The notes beneath the pieces are model-generated. The model was given only the letters and a program-made list of their open reading frames with translations. It made no database searches and was not told the DNA's origin. Below are positions 39,309 to 48,007 of a DNA stretch of 64,000 nucleotides, one piece after another. This stretch comes from Terriglobia bacterium. Its GTDB lineage: Bacteria; Acidobacteriota; Terriglobia; JAJPHL01; JAPKYU01. The stretch covers positions 1,019,656 to 1,083,655 of the forward strand of contig CBDCVK010000010.1 of NCBI GenBank assembly GCA_965223005.1, written 5' to 3'. Numbering within the stretch: the first letter of the stretch is position 1; every line of letters starts with the position of its first letter. The position numbers were made by a program, and so were the translations under genes.

Positions 39309-40463
39309 CTACGGGCTAAACTGCGCGGAAGTCTTGGCTGGAGGTGCTGCGGGAAGGCTGCTGCCAGGAAAATAATAGCCCGGGCGGGTGCGCACCTTAA
39401 CTTCAGGCCGATCCACGACCACCCTGATGCGGTGAAAGCCGGCCTGGTTGAGATTGTTCGGGCGGTAGGTAATCAGGTACTGGCTGCGCAGTTCTCGAGA
39501 AATCTCGCTCACCGCTCGCTCCACCGCACGACTGGAGAACCCGTCCAGGAGCACCGCGCCAGTCGATTTGGCAAATGCTTCCAACGGGTGATCCCAGAAG
39601 ATGTTCTTCACGCCATGGAAGGCTTCCACCAGCAGGTTGCCAATGTTGACGGTGGGGCCGGTCGCCAGTTCCATAGAGGGCGTCGGCGGGATCCCGGGAA
39701 TGGTGCCGGTGGCCCCTGGCGGGAAGCGCGAGGGAGGAGGTGGGGGTGGTTTCCGGGTCAATTGGGCGCGGACCGTGCTGAGTCCCACAGCATAAATAGA
39801 GATATTGGCCCGTTGTGCCTCCTGCATCACGAACCCTAAGTTCGCCTCACTGCCCATGTCGCGGCTTTCCGCAATAGCCAGAACCACTTTGCGCCGTCCC
39901 AGGGGACGAGTGCTGAGCATGGACAGGGCACGAACCATCGCATCGGTCAGCCGCGACTGCGAGCTGCCCGGCTTCAGATCCTTGAACACTTTCTCCACCC
40001 GTTCCGGGTCGCGAGTAAAGTTCTGAACCACCTCTACCCGGTGATCAAACCTAATCAGGGCGGCCTCGTCATTTTCTCCGAGCAGCAGATTGGTGAACAG
40101 CGGTGCCGCCTTCTTCACCTGGGGAAGCAAAGGTTCCACCCGGGAGCTAACGCTAAGCAGGATGGCCACTGAAAGCGGCATCTCGGTCAACTGCACTTTG
40201 ATCTGCTGGCGAATCGTGTTGTCGAACAGCAGAAAGTCTTCCGGCCTCAGGTTCAGTACGAATTCGTCGTACCCGTCGGTGACGGTGACCGGAGCCATTA
40301 CCTCGGTTACTCCGACGCGGAAGGTGGGGATCCGCTGTTGGCTGTCTGGTGGTGGCGCCGCGGTTGGCGGCTTCGCTTCTGTGGGCGGTGTTTGCGCCGC
40401 AGCCGCCGCAGCCAATGCTACGCAGAGGCACAGCAGGGAGGGTAGCCGCCAGAAGCACTTCAT
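39309..40463 (-). CDS. Secreted VWA-domain protein (acidobacterial VWFA-related family)
   Basis: Signal peptide MKCFWRLPSLLCLCVALAAAAAAQ, a von Willebrand A fold and a poly-Pro linker. Confidence 0.6.
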   Translation of the reverse strand: MKCFWRLPSLLCLCVALAAAAAAQTPPTEAKPPTAAPPPDSQQRIPTFRVGVTEVMAPVTVTDGYDEFVLNLRPEDFLLFDNTIRQQIKVQLTEMPLSVAILLSVSSRVEPLLPQVKKAAPLFTNLLLGENDEAALIRFDHRVEVVQNFTRDPERVEKVFKDLKPGSSQSRLTDAMVRALSMLSTRPLGRRKVVLAIAESRDMGSEANLGFVMQEAQRANISIYAVGLSTVRAQLTRKPPPPPPSRFPPGATGTIPGIPPTPSMELATGPTVNIGNLLVEAFHGVKNIFWDHPLEAFAKSTGAVLLDGFSSRAVERAVSEISRELRSQYLITYRPNNLNQAGFHRIRVVVDRPEVKVRTRPGYYFPGSSLPAAPPAKTSAQFSP

Positions 40464-40597
40464 CCCGACTATTCTACATTCATTTCGAGTGGGGTGCACC
40501 TAGTTGCGGTGGGATTGATCGGCCAGGCGGGGGCGTCGCCGGCCCTGGGAGCTCATTGCGCTGCCTCTGCGCCAGCTGCGACAGGGATTTTTCCTGC

Positions 40598-40625
40598 TTG
40601 AAACGTCAGGACGAGCGCTTAGACT
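40598..40625 (+). promoter_or_regulatory. Candidate sigma70-type promoter TTGAAA-16-TAGACT upstream of the SBP56 gene
   Basis: ttgaaa cgtcaggacgagcgct tagact, about 110 nt before the start codon. Confidence 0.3.
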
Positions 40626-40736
40626 ATACTCCCTTTGCCGGCGTGCCTGCGGGCAGCTTCCAGCCGCGCAGGGCACGCCAGGGGCTTCTGATCGTCGCGC
40701 AAAGCGAATGCAAATCCCGGAAAAGGAGAGCGAACC

Positions 40737-42131
40737 ATGGCACTCTTGAAACCTGACCCAACGTTTTACCCTTCCCCCAAGATGGCGATGCAGGCGCCAG
40801 CTGAAAAGCTGGCCTATCTGGCCCTGCTCAATCCGAAGCACAAAGGCCAGCACGACGCTATCGCGGTGGTGGATGTCGACCCTAAATCATCTAGCTATAG
40901 TCAGGTAGTTGGCCAGGTGGAGATGCCCAAAGCAGGCGATGAGCTTCACCACTTCGGCTGGAACGCCTGCAGCGCCTGCCTGTCCCCCTACGCGCCGCAT
41001 GCCCATCTGGAACGGCGCTACCTCGTCGTTCCGGGCCTTCGCTCCTCCCGGATTCACGTCATTGACACGAAGCCTAACCCCCGGAAGCCGAAGATCGTCA
41101 AAGTGATTGAGCCGGAGACATTGGCGAAGCGCACGGGCTACAGCCGGCCGCACACGGTTCACTGTGGTCCGTGGGGTATCTACGTCAGCGCGCTCGGCTC
41201 ACCGACCGGCGAAGGGCCCGGCGGTGTCTTCATGATGGACCAGGACAACTTCGAGGTGCTGGGAAAGTGGGAGTTGGACCGTGGCCCCCAGTACCTGGCC
41301 TATGATTTCTGGTGGCATCTGGGCTACGACGCCATGGTCACCAGTGAGTGGGGCACGCCGAACATGATCGAACAGGGTGTGAACCCAGAGATCTTGCTCA
41401 AAGGTGGTTATGGCCACAAGCTCCACATCTTTGACTTAAACAAGCGGCGTCATCTGCAGGAGCTGGATTTGGGCGCCGAGTATCAGATGGCCTTGGAGCT
41501 TCGACCGGCCCACGACCCCACCAAAGCTTACGGTTTTCTGGGCGTGGTGGTCTCGCTCAAGGATCTTTCAGCGTCAATCTGGTTGTGGAACCTGGAGAAC
41601 GGCAATTGGGGCGTGCGCAAGGTCATCGAGATCCCGGCCGAGCCAGCCGATCCGGACAAGCTGCCGCCGATGCTGAAAGACTTCAAGGCGGTGCCGCCGT
41701 TGGTGACCGACATCGATCTCTCTCTGGACGATCGCTTTCTCTACGTTTCCTGCTGGGGGACGGGTGAGTTCATCCAGTACGACGTGACGGATCCGTTCAA
41801 CCCCAAGAAGACCGGCTCGGTGCATCTGGGTGGCATCGTGCGGCACGCAGCGCACCCCAAGAAGCCCAAGCAGGCGCTGAATGGCGGGCCGCAGATGGTC
41901 GAAGTGAGTCGCGATGGCCGGCGGATCTACTTCACCAACTCTCTCTATGCTTCATGGGACGAGCAGTTCTATCCGGAAGGCATCCGAAGCTGGATGGTGA
42001 AGCTGAATGCCAAGCCGGAGGGTGGCATGGAGATTGACCCGCGCTTCTTCCTGGAGTTCAAGGAGTTGCGCAGCCATCAGGTCCGCCTGGAAGGCGGCGA
42101 CGCTTCCTCGGACTCTTACTGCTACCCATGA
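40737..42131 (+). CDS. Selenium-binding protein 56 / methanethiol oxidase homologue
   Basis: 464 aa. Collinear with human SELENBP1 along its whole length (VVDVDPKS, DELHHFGWNACSAC, FWWH, DIDLSLDDRFLYVSCW, NGGPQM, YFTNSLY...WD.QFYP). No signal peptide, so predicted cytoplasmic. Confidence 0.85.
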   Translation: MALLKPDPTFYPSPKMAMQAPAEKLAYLALLNPKHKGQHDAIAVVDVDPKSSSYSQVVGQVEMPKAGDELHHFGWNACSACLSPYAPHAHLERRYLVVPGLRSSRIHVIDTKPNPRKPKIVKVIEPETLAKRTGYSRPHTVHCGPWGIYVSALGSPTGEGPGGVFMMDQDNFEVLGKWELDRGPQYLAYDFWWHLGYDAMVTSEWGTPNMIEQGVNPEILLKGGYGHKLHIFDLNKRRHLQELDLGAEYQMALELRPAHDPTKAYGFLGVVVSLKDLSASIWLWNLENGNWGVRKVIEIPAEPADPDKLPPMLKDFKAVPPLVTDIDLSLDDRFLYVSCWGTGEFIQYDVTDPFNPKKTGSVHLGGIVRHAAHPKKPKQALNGGPQMVEVSRDGRRIYFTNSLYASWDEQFYPEGIRSWMVKLNAKPEGGMEIDPRFFLEFKELRSHQVRLEGGDASSDSYCYP

Positions 42132-42781
42132 GCGAGGGGGCGTCGTGGGCCTGGCCCGCCTTGCTCCTGTTGGGCGCCTACCACGGCATTAATCCGGGCA
42201 TGGGCTGGCTGTTCGCCGTCGCACTCGGGATGCAGGAGAAGAGCCGTGGAGCCGTCTGGCGGGCTTTGCCCCCCATTGCCCTGGGTCACGGTGTGGCGAT
42301 CGGTCTGGTGCTGCTGGTCGCCGGGCTGGTCCAGGTGGTCGTGCCGCTGGCTTACCTGAAAATTCCAGTCGCCCTGCTCTTGTTTGCTTTCGGCCTGTAT
42401 CGCTTTTTGCGCGGTCGTCACCCCCGGTGGGGCGGAATGCAGGTCGGGTTCCGCGACCTCACCATCTGGTCCTTTCTGATGGCCTCGGCTCACGGCGCCG
42501 GCTTCATGGTGCTGCCGGTTCTGCTCGCGATGCCTTCCGGAGAGGCCGCCGGACACTCCCTCGGGGGCCATCATCTCGGGGCGAGCGCCTTCCAGGGACC
42601 GTTGACAAGCCTGCTGGCGACGCTGGTTCACACCCTGGGCTATTTGCTTGTCACAGGACTGGTGGCCTGGCTGGTCTATGAGAAGCTCGGGCTGGCTCTG
42701 TTGCGGAAAGCCTGGCTGAATCTCGACCTGATATGGGCCTTCTCACTGATGGCGACCGGCTGCCTGACACTGTTGATCTAG
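42128..42781 (+). CDS. Six-TM membrane protein, possibly a NicO/RcnA-like metal transporter, translationally coupled to the SBP56 gene
   Basis: ATGA overlap with SBP56. Two internal repeats carry HGxNPG and AHGAG motifs, plus a His-rich loop (GHSLGGHHLG). Confidence 0.45.
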   Translation: MSEGASWAWPALLLLGAYHGINPGMGWLFAVALGMQEKSRGAVWRALPPIALGHGVAIGLVLLVAGLVQVVVPLAYLKIPVALLLFAFGLYRFLRGRHPRWGGMQVGFRDLTIWSFLMASAHGAGFMVLPVLLAMPSGEAAGHSLGGHHLGASAFQGPLTSLLATLVHTLGYLLVTGLVAWLVYEKLGLALLRKAWLNLDLIWAFSLMATGCLTLLI

Positions 42782-42815
42782 CAGGGTGCTTCATCCAACT
42801 GCATCCAGCAAACTG

Positions 42816-43193
42816 CTAGTCGAGGATTGCCGTGCCCCAGGGGTTGTCGATCACCAATCGCCACGTCCCATCCGGTTGCCGTCGTGCAACGTCGGAGCTC
42901 GTCCCCGTCATGGTCAAGGGTTTGCCGTCCGGCCCGGTACCGTTCAGGGTCCACTTGACCAGTGACAGCGCGAGGTCACCGGCCGTGATCATTTCGCTTT
43001 TCTCCTGCGTCAACTTTGGCTTCATTCCCAGGAAGGCGCCCAGTGCCTCGCGCAGGGCGGCCATGCCGTGCGCCGTCTTGCCAGGCTCGGCGACAAGCGC
43101 GGCATTGGGCTCGTAGAGGGCCAACGTGGCATCGAGATCGCCCGCGTTGAAGGCGCGAAAGAATGCGTCGAGCAATGCTTGTGGAGTTGTCAC
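42816..43193 (-). CDS. SnoaL/NTF2-like protein
   Basis: LLDAFFRAFNAGDLDATLALYEPNAA is typical of SnoaL-like polyketide-cyclase folds. Start trimmed to GTG at 43193 because the longer track ORF runs through the tRNA gene. Confidence 0.45.
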   Translation of the reverse strand: MTTPQALLDAFFRAFNAGDLDATLALYEPNAALVAEPGKTAHGMAALREALGAFLGMKPKLTQEKSEMITAGDLALSLVKWTLNGTGPDGKPLTMTGTSSDVARRQPDGTWRLVIDNPWGTAILD

Positions 43194-43229
43194 TGACAGG
43201 CTTTCCTCCTCATCGTGTTTGTTAGGCAG

Positions 43230-43322
43230 TGGCGGTGAGGGAGGGATTCGAACCCCCGGTCCCGGGGCTACCAGGACAGCCGCTTTCGAGGCGGCCCGAT
43301 TAAACCACTCTCGCACCTCACC
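43230..43322 (-). tRNA. tRNA-Ser (anticodon CGA), 93 nt, with a long variable arm and encoded CCA
   Basis: rc reads GGTGAGG-TG-CGA-GAGTGGTTTAA-TCG-G-GCCGC-CTCGAAA-GCGGC-[21-nt variable arm with a 7-bp stem]-GGGGG-TTCGAAT-CCCTC-CCTCACC-G-CCA. All stems pair and the T-loop is canonical. Confidence 0.85.
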
Positions 43323-43347
43323 GCAAGGCGGGAACGGGCAGTCCGGT

Positions 43348-43806
43348 TCAGGAAAGGCGTTTCTGCTGAAAAAAGCTGCGGATCAACTCCGCGCATTCAG
43401 CGCTAAGAACCCCACCGGCGACCTCCACCCGGTGGTTCAGTCGGGTATCATCGGCCACCTGGTAGAGCGACCGAACCGCCCCGGCCTTGGGGTCGTCGCA
43501 GCCGTACACCAACCGTGCCAAGCGCGCCTGCACGGCCGCCCCGGCGCACATAACACACGGTTCGATTGTAACATACAGCGTACATAGGGGCAGGCGGTGG
43601 TTGCCCAGCCGCCGAGCGGCTTCGCGCAGTGCCAGGATTTCGGCGTGCGCCGTGGGATCGCGATCGGTGATGTTGCGGTTGTGGCCGCGTCCCACCACCT
43701 GGTTTTCCGAGACCACCACCGCTCCGACCGGGACCTCTCCTTCCCGCAGGGCGGCTTCGGCTTCCTCCAGCGCCAGGCGCATGAATTGCTCATCCACAGC
43801 TGCCAC
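43348..43806 (-). CDS. tadA: tRNA adenosine(34) deaminase
   Basis: HAEILALREA ... TIEPCVMCAGA, the CDA zinc motifs. Confidence 0.85.
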   Translation of the reverse strand: MAAVDEQFMRLALEEAEAALREGEVPVGAVVVSENQVVGRGHNRNITDRDPTAHAEILALREAARRLGNHRLPLCTLYVTIEPCVMCAGAAVQARLARLVYGCDDPKAGAVRSLYQVADDTRLNHRVEVAGGVLSAECAELIRSFFQQKRLS

Positions 43807-43898
43807 TCCAGGATTCTAGCGCGGCGGCCGCAGACATGGCGGGGAAAAGCGGGCCCCTCGCTGCGCTCGGGATGACAAAGGGAGCGGTGGGGGGAGCC

Positions 43899-45297
43899 TC
43901 AGAGGCGGTATTTCTTGGCGTAGTGGCGGAAGGAGCGGTAGCTCATGTGGAGCAGTTCAGCGGCGCGCGTGCGAACGCCACCGGCGCGCTCGATCGCCGC
44001 TTCAATGTAACGGCGCTCCAGTTGGGTGATGTGCTGTTCCAGGTCCAGACCTGCATCAGGCAGAGAAGGCAGCGGGGAGGGGACGGCGGAGCCGTCGCCG
44101 CTGGCGGCGGCCGCCACCCCTTGCGGCGCGACCCCGGAGACGCGTTCGGGCAGCGTCCACACCGCAACCTCCTCGTGTTTCTCCAGGGCGACGGCACGCT
44201 CCAGGGCGTTTTCCAGTTCCCGCACATTGCCCGGCCAGTCGTACCGTTCCAGGCACTTCATGGCCGGCTCGTCAATCTTGTGGACCGGTTTGTTCATCGC
44301 CCGAGCAAACTTCTTCAGGAAGTGGACGGCCAGCAGGCGGATGTCCTCGCGGCGCTCTCGGAGCGGCGGCAACTCCACCGGGATGACACTGATGCGGTAG
44401 TAGAGGTCCTCACGAAAGGAGCCTTCCTGGACGCGTTGGTGAAGGTCCTTGTTGGTGGCCACGATCAGGCGCACGTCTATCGGCACCTCCTCGCTGGCCC
44501 CGATCGGACGCACCAGCCGCTCCTGCAACACACGCAGCAGCCTCACTTGCATCGCCAGGCTCGTCTCGGCGATCTCGTCCAGAAACAGGGTGCCGGTGTC
44601 AGCGTACTCAAACAGCCCCTTCTTATTGGTGGTGGCTCCGGTGAAGGCGCCTTTGACGTAGCCGAACATCTCGCTCTCGAGCAGTGTTTCGGGGAAGGCG
44701 CCGCAGTTGACCGAGACAAACGGGCGGTCCCAGCGGCCGCTGGCGGCGTGAATGGCGCGGGCCACCAGTTCCTTGCCGGTGCCGCTCTCGCCGGTGATCA
44801 GGATGGTGCTGTTGGTGGGGGCGACGGTGGCCACCAACTCCTTTCAACGCCTTGATGGGCGGGCTCACCCCCAGCAGGCTGTCCAGGCTCTTGCGCAACT
44901 CGCGCTTGAGCGCACGATTTTCCTGCCGCAGGCTGCGATCCTCGACTCCCCGGGCCACAGTGACCCGCACTTCGTCCACCAAGTTGGGAGTCTTGATGAT
45001 GTAGCGGAAGGCGCCCAGGTTCAGGGCTTGCACTGCCGAATCCACCGAGGCATAGGCGGTCACCAGGATGACCAGGGTCTCAGGCTGGGTCTCGCGGACG
45101 TGTTGCAGGACATCCAGGCCGCTGCCCTGCGGCAGTTTGATGTCGGTGATGACGATGTCGTATATGTTGGAGAGCAGTCGGCGATGCGCCATCTCCAGCG
45201 AGGTGACCGTTTCCACCCGGTGCCCCTGCTTGCGCAGGGCGATATCCAGCATTTCGCAGATGGATTTCTCGTCATCCACCACCAGCAGGTGGGCCAT
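43899..45297 (-). pseudogene. NtrC-family sigma54-dependent response regulator (REC + AAA+ + Fis HTH), interrupted by a +1 frameshift
   Basis: The REC domain (MAHLLVVDDEKS...) and the AAA+/HTH part ([21 protein letters not shown]) lie in different frames. The junction is at ...[12 protein letters not shown] | (E)[23 protein letters not shown]. Observed aaaggagttgg versus expected aaagagttgg implies one extra G near 44838-44842. Confidence 0.6.
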
Positions 45298-45300
45298 GGC

Positions 45301-47032
45301 TCACTCGGTTGCGGCGCTCCGCGTATGCGCGAACGGAATGGATCCGGGCTCGGAGGCACGAGGAAGGTTCGGTTTCCCCAGGGTCAGCGGAAGCTCCAGC
45401 TGGAACACCGAACCTCCTTCGGGTACCGATTCGACCCCGACCGTTCCCTGGTGCGCCGTGATGATTTCATACACAATCGCCAACCCCAGGCCGGTGCCAT
45501 TGGTGAAGGCGGACTGGAACGGCTCGAAGATTTTTCCCGGAAGGGCCGGGCTCAGCCCGACACCGGTGTCGTGGAAGCGGATCACGCCATGCCCGTCGGC
45601 GCGGACCGTTTCCACCTTCAGCTTGCCGCCCTCGGGCATGGCCTTCAGCGCGTTGTCGCAGATATTCCAGAAGACCTGCTTGATGGCGTCGAGATCCACC
45701 TGGGCCACCAGCGGCTCGGCCACAAAGACGCGCTCGAAGCGGATGCGGCCCGCGTCGGGATGGTTCTCCAGCAGGACCAGTGTTTCTTCCAGCAGCCCAT
45801 GCAGGTCAGCCGGGCGAAACTCATAGCGGCGTTCCCGGGAATAGCTCAGAAAATCGGAGACGATGCGATCCAGGCGCTGTGACTCCTTCACGACGATCCC
45901 CACCAGTCGCTGCTGTTCACTGGGGAGCGAGCCCAGGGTGGAAAAGACCTTGATGGAGCCGGCGATCGAGGTCAACGGGTTGCGAATCTCGTGGGCGATG
46001 GCGGAAGCCATGCGGCCCAGTGCCGCCATGCGCTCCTTCAGCCGGACCTCTCGCTCCAACCGCTTCAGTTCGGTCAAGTCCTGAAAAAAGTAGACGTGCC
46101 CCTGCGAGGCATGTCCCTGTCCGCTGCTGTCAGGCCAGGTGAGCTCCGACACGCTCACGCGCAGGTATTTCTCCTGCCCGCCGGGAGTGAAGATCTCGAC
46201 CTCCTGTGCCGGGGCATTCAGCGATAGGCGAGCGAATTCCGGCAGCACCTCCGCCAGCGGCCGACCCACGGCGGCAGCAGGCGAGCGCTCCAGGGTCAGC
46301 GCGGCGGCCCGGTTCAACAGCAGTACGCGTCCCCCCAGGCCGGTGGTCACCAGCCCGCCGGCCATGCTGTCAATCACGTTCTCGTTGAACGCCTGCAGGT
46401 TCTCCAGCTCGCCGCTGGCGGCCTGAAGCCGGGTGCCAGTCTTGCGCAGGTTCTCCACCAGACTGCTGGAAAGGTAGGCCATCGCCAGGAAGGCAAACAG
46501 GTTGGTAAAGATTCGCACCTGCAAGTCCTGCAGCTCCGGCGTCATTTCTGAAAGCGCAAGGAGAAAATCCTTCAACTCGTTATACAAGGAGAGTTCCAGC
46601 GTGGCCCCGGCCAGAATGAAGCTGAGGCTGGCGACCAGGTACGTCCCCGCCCTCGACAGCGAGATAGCCGCCAGGATGATCACCAGCGGGTAGAGGAAAA
46701 AGTAGGGGCTGCCCACCCCCCCGCTGAAATGGATGACCGCCGTAATCATGCAGATGTCGCAGATGATCTGCAGGTAGGACTGCATGGTGTAGTCGGTGGA
46801 GAGTTTCAGCAGCAAGCTGAAGAAGATGGTCAGCGCATACCAGAACAGGACAGTGAAGACGAACCATCGGACCGGGATCTGAGCCTGGGTTAACTGCGCC
46901 ACCGCCAGTTGGATGCATCTGAGCCTGGGTTAACTGCGCCACCGCCAGTTGGATGCCGAGCAGGAACGTAATAATGACGATCCGGACGCGGATCAGCCAC
47001 AGCAACCACTGCCTCTGATTTAGCGCTTCCAT
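45301..47032 (-). pseudogene. Membrane sensor histidine kinase (NtrB/AtoS-like, PAS + HisKA + HATPase), disrupted by a 40-bp perfect tandem duplication near its 5' end
   Basis: True N-terminus MEALNQRQWLLWLIRVRIVIITFLLGIQLAVAQLTQAQ (ATG rc 47030-47032) is in a different frame from the body MAQLTQAQIPVRWFVF... Deleting one copy of the 40-nt repeat (46877-46916 = 46917-46956) restores a single ORF. H-box MASAIAHEIRNPL. Confidence 0.6.
46877..46956. repeat. Perfect 40-bp tandem duplication within the histidine-kinase 5' region
   Basis: atctgagcctgggttaactgcgccaccgccagttggatgc occurs twice back to back. Confidence 0.95.
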
Positions 47033-47050
47033 CCCCGAGCGATCGCGGCC

Positions 47051-47059
47051 ATTATAGCA
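47051..47059 (-). promoter_or_regulatory. Extended -10 element TGCTATAAT upstream of the histidine kinase (very short leader)
   Basis: rc of attatagca. The same GTGCTATA core recurs upstream of infC and hup. Confidence 0.35.
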
Positions 47060-47187
47060 CCCGAGGCTACGGGATGTTGCCGTCGGCTACCTGTGGTAGC
47101 CGGAAGTGTAGCGCATTCCAATTCCTTGCAAGCTGTTCTATCATTAGGAGAAAACTGCCGATCTCCGATGAAGCTCTGGAGGTTTGA

Positions 47188-47796
47188 ATGAACGCACTAG
47201 CCTCTGTTCACACCCTGGTGGTGAGCCAGAAAAAGGAATGGGGAGAAATTCTCAGTGGTTTTGAGACGAGAAACCGCTACGTGATTCTCTCGGAGCTGGG
47301 GGACGAGCTCTACTTTGCGGCAGAAGAGAAGGGCTCCCTGTTGCTCCGTTTGTTTCTTAAAGCCTTGAGGCCCTTCACCATCATCGTGACGCGCACCGAC
47401 GGCAGCGTTGTCCTTCGACTGGAACGGCCCTTCCGCTTCTACTTCCACAAGATCGACGTGCGTGACGCCCAGGGAAGGTTGTTAGGGACTGTGGACCGCG
47501 AATTTTCTGTGGTGCGGCGGCTCTACCGGGTCTCCGACGCCACCGGAAACGTGACCTGCCAGCTGTACGGACCCATCCTTCACCCGTGGACGTTTCAGAT
47601 CCGTGAGCGGTTCGGTGACATTGAGCAAGAGTCGGGCAAGATCACCAAGAGATGGAGCGGCGCCCTGAAGGAGGTCTTCACCGCTGCGGACAACTTCGCC
47701 ATCGAAATGCCTCCTGGCAAAAGTGTAGAGGCTAAAAGTGTGCTCCTGGGCGCAGTCTTCTTGATCGATTTTATCCACTTCGAGAGGCAGGGATAG
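47188..47796 (+). CDS. Phospholipid-scramblase-family (PLSCR/Tubby-like) protein
   Basis: C-terminal ITKRWSGALKEVFTAADNFAIEMPPG...AVFLIDFIHFE matches the scramblase signature K.W.G...E.FTDADNF.I.FP...FLIDFM.FE. Confidence 0.7.
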   Translation: MNALASVHTLVVSQKKEWGEILSGFETRNRYVILSELGDELYFAAEEKGSLLLRLFLKALRPFTIIVTRTDGSVVLRLERPFRFYFHKIDVRDAQGRLLGTVDREFSVVRRLYRVSDATGNVTCQLYGPILHPWTFQIRERFGDIEQESGKITKRWSGALKEVFTAADNFAIEMPPGKSVEAKSVLLGAVFLIDFIHFERQG

Positions 47797-47838
47797 GTTC
47801 GAGAGGAAGGATAATTTCGAGAGACAGGGATAGGCCCG
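47776..47838. repeat. Three degenerate ~19-nt tandem repeats ttcgagag(g/a)(c/a)agggata(g/a)(g/t) at the scramblase 3' end
   Basis: cttcgagaggcagggatagg / ttcgagaggaaggataat / ttcgagagacagggatagg. Confidence 0.6.
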
Positions 47839-48007
47839 GCAGGGTCAGCCCTGGGCGCGATGGGTCGCTCAAGCCGTCAGGAGACCTCCAGCCCGGCACT
47901 TCCTCCGCTCGAAGCGAACGCTTCTCCTCTTACCGAGCGGTTCAGCTACCCCGCAGGCAATCGATGCGCCTCGATCCCCCGCACCATTGCCCCCAACAGC
48001 CGCAGCG

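Noticed and set aside
43836-45882. Plus-strand ORFs of 339 aa and 376 aa
   Set aside because: Antisense to the response-regulator and histidine-kinase genes.
47041-47187. Sigma54 promoter (GG-N10-GC) for the scramblase-like gene next to the sigma54-type TCS
   Set aside because: ttgcaagc is present but no GG lies at the correct -24 spacing. Not supported.
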